NCBI RefSeq assembly: GCF_001194135.2
Contig: NC_068988.1
Span: 72,351,736 to 72,415,735, forward strand
DNA length: 64,000 nt
Source: Octopus bimaculoides
Lineage: Eukaryota
Direction of reading: 5' to 3'
In this document: positions 61,671 through 64,000 of the stretch, piece by piece
How positions within the stretch are numbered: position 1 is the stretch's first letter
How the letters are laid out: each line of letters begins with the position of its first letter
Position numbers and translations under genes: made by a program
The notes under the pieces: model-generated
What the model was told of the DNA's origin: nothing
The model's database searches: none
Seen by the model: the letters and a program-made list of their open reading frames with translations, nothing else

Positions 61671-61974
61671 GTGTGTGTGCGTGTGTGTGTGTCTGTGTTT
61701 GTCCCCCATCATCGTTTGACAACCGATGTTGGTGTGTTTGCGTCCCCGTAACTTAGCAGTTCGGCAAAAGAGACAGATAGAATAAGTACTAGGTTTACAA
61801 GGAATAAGTCCTGGGATCGATTTGCTCGACTAAAAATCACACATACAGACAGACAAACAGACAGAGACGTGAGGAGGAAGGGAGCTAGAGAGAGAGTAAA
61901 TATATTTAAATGCGTGTTTAATAAACATATTTATTCTCACAACAGAGTAAGTAAACCATGTTTGAACTACAGAG

Positions 61975-62007
<33 letters not shown>

Positions 62008-62078
62008 ATTCTCTCTCCTTCGCGCGTGCTCTATCTCTTTCTCTCTCACTCACTCTCTCTCTCATTCTCATTTCTGTA

Positions 62079-62109
<31 letters not shown>

Positions 62110-62849
62110 TCCCCCATTCTCTCTTTTTCTCTTTCTATCTCTATCTTTCAGTCTCCCTTCTAGAACAATTTAAGCAGAGATCGACGACTTTCAACTGATT
62201 ATTACTGGATCATCCCAGAATGGCAGCGTCGTTTGTTCTACTGAATCTAAAAGCATGAAAAATACTGAGCCACATACACTGATTTCTTCCTCGTGTATCA
62301 TATACATTTATCAACAAAACTATTGTTTAAGGATAAATTGTTAATAAGTGTGCATAAGTGCGTTTAATAAATATAAGTTTAGTCTCTCTTTATCGAGAGA
62401 GACATGGTGTTCTTTTTCTGCAAACCGAACTGAACATCAACTCGAAGAGTTCGCCTAGTTATTGCGGGATATTCAGTACTATCAGCTCAGTTCCTTCCAC
62501 AGTGGGAGAAAACAGATAACAAAGATGACACTGAATGTAGGTTAACAAAGACTTATGACGCTTCCAACGCCGTTTGATGATCAGTGCGCATCCAAAGCCA
62601 GTGAACAGCAATGACGACACCGGTTTGACTTTGAATTTCTTTAACAATTCAAAATAATGAATTTAATTCCTCTTAACTCTACCTCACTTCATCTAATTGT
62701 ATTTATTTGTCGCTACTTTTCATAAAAAGAAGCCTTTATTTTTTTTTATATTCAATGTGCATTTTCGCTTTTATTCATCTTACTTTTCCCATATCTTTTC
62801 CACGTGGAGTTTCTATTTTCATTTTGAAACATATTTCTATTATATATAT

Positions 62850-63008
62850 ATACGACAGGCTTCTTTCCGTCTACCAAATTCACTCACAAGGCTTAGGTCG
62901 GCCCGAGGTTATAGTAGAAGACACTTGCCCAAGGTGCCACGCAGTGGGATTGAACCTGGGACCGCGTGGTTGGTAAGGAAGCTACTTACTACACAGCTAC
63001 TTCCTGCG
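62850..63008 (-). mobile_element. SINE family A 5' half
   Basis: tatacgacaggcttctttccgtctacc...cttactacacagctacttcctgcgc; abuts the left TIR of the mariner. Confidence 0.8.
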
Positions 63009-63009
63009 C

Positions 63010-63910
63010 GTGGTCATCCCATAAATGATGTGGGTTTTTCAATTGCATGAAGTAAAAGTCGGAGAGGGACGAGATAAACTACAGTAATTTTACCTTGTTT
63101 AACCTTATTTTTAGTGCAATTTTTTAAATGTGTAGTCTGACTTTAACTGTTATTTTTCAAAGCTATAATGGAAGTGAAAAAGGAGCGCATTCGGCATATT
63201 TTGCTTTATGAGTTCAATAAAGGCAACAACGTAATGAAAAGTGCGAGGAATACTTATGCAGTATATAGGGATTGAACAATAAGCGTAAGCCAGTGTCAAC
63301 GGTGGCTTCAGAAATTCAGAGCCAGAAACTACAGCCTATAAGCCAAGCCTCGTCCTGGAAGATTTGTAGACCTCGACAAGGTCGTCCTGAAAACCCTGAT
63401 TGAATAAAATCCCATCATAACTGTTGAGGAACTAGCAGAGAACCTTGGATTTGGTCAGTCAACCAATCATTCAAGTCAGCGCTAGAAGAAAAAACAACCA
63501 TCTTTGATTTCAAGACGAGAGGTCTTCTTCCATCTAGATAATACTCAGCCACATACAGTGAGGATGACATTCTAAAGGCTGGAACAGTTTGAATGGGAAA
63601 CAATACCCCATCCACCATATTGGCCGGACATTGCGCCATCTGATTATCATTTACTCCGCAGTTTTCAAAGTCATTTAGACGGAAAAAATATGAATTCTGT
63701 AGACGAAGTCAGAACAGTATTGGAGGAGTATTTTTCGTCACGGACAAGTGAATTTTGGAAGAAGGGTCTTGCAAGTCTACCAGACAGATGGACGAGCATT
63801 GTAGAAAATGAAGGAGAGTATATTTTAAATTAAAAAAAGTAATTTTTTATCTTAATTTTGAAAAATAAAAGAAGCATTAAAAAATCCCATTATTTATGGG
63901 ATGACCCAAT
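63010..63910 (+). mobile_element. Internally deleted mariner transposon
   Basis: MEVKKERIRHILLYEFNKG N-terminus; C-terminal DIAPSDYHLLRS...LPDRWTSIVENEGEY; TIR ggtcatcccataaat / atttatgggatgaccc. Confidence 0.88.
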
Positions 63911-64000
63911 ATATATATTAACCACATGCGTATATAAACAAAATTACATTTGTTTTTTAGTAGTGTAGAATGTGTATCGCATGAAACAGAGAAGAAAGTG

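Overview
Eukaryotic, AT-rich, microsatellite- and gap-rich DNA. The SINE families and repeat style resemble an octopus (coleoid cephalopod) genome; this is inferred, not confirmed. The window is dominated by one minus-strand integrin alpha gene (ATG 57134 to TAA 9097). I reconstructed 17 coding exons by hand with GT-AG sites and consistent phases (919 visible aa). The exons for propeller blades 3-4 are not visible and probably lie in the 100-N gap at 44950-45049. The predicted protein has no alpha-I domain and its cytoplasmic tail lacks GFFKR. Introns and flanks carry many decayed mobile elements: Penelope-like elements, mariner copies and a MITE, Helitron helicase remnants, CR1/L2/R4-like LINE ends, a LINE ORF1 remnant, a Gypsy-like LTR with PBS, and several SINE families. 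The most striking unexplained structure is a 351-bp tandem repeat at 32053-33055. Each complete unit holds an intact minimal type I hammerhead ribozyme with a self-complementary stem III, i.e. a retrozyme-like element. It is arranged as an inverted (fold-back) array inside an integrin intron. More hammerhead-like motifs occur next to the Penelope-like elements.
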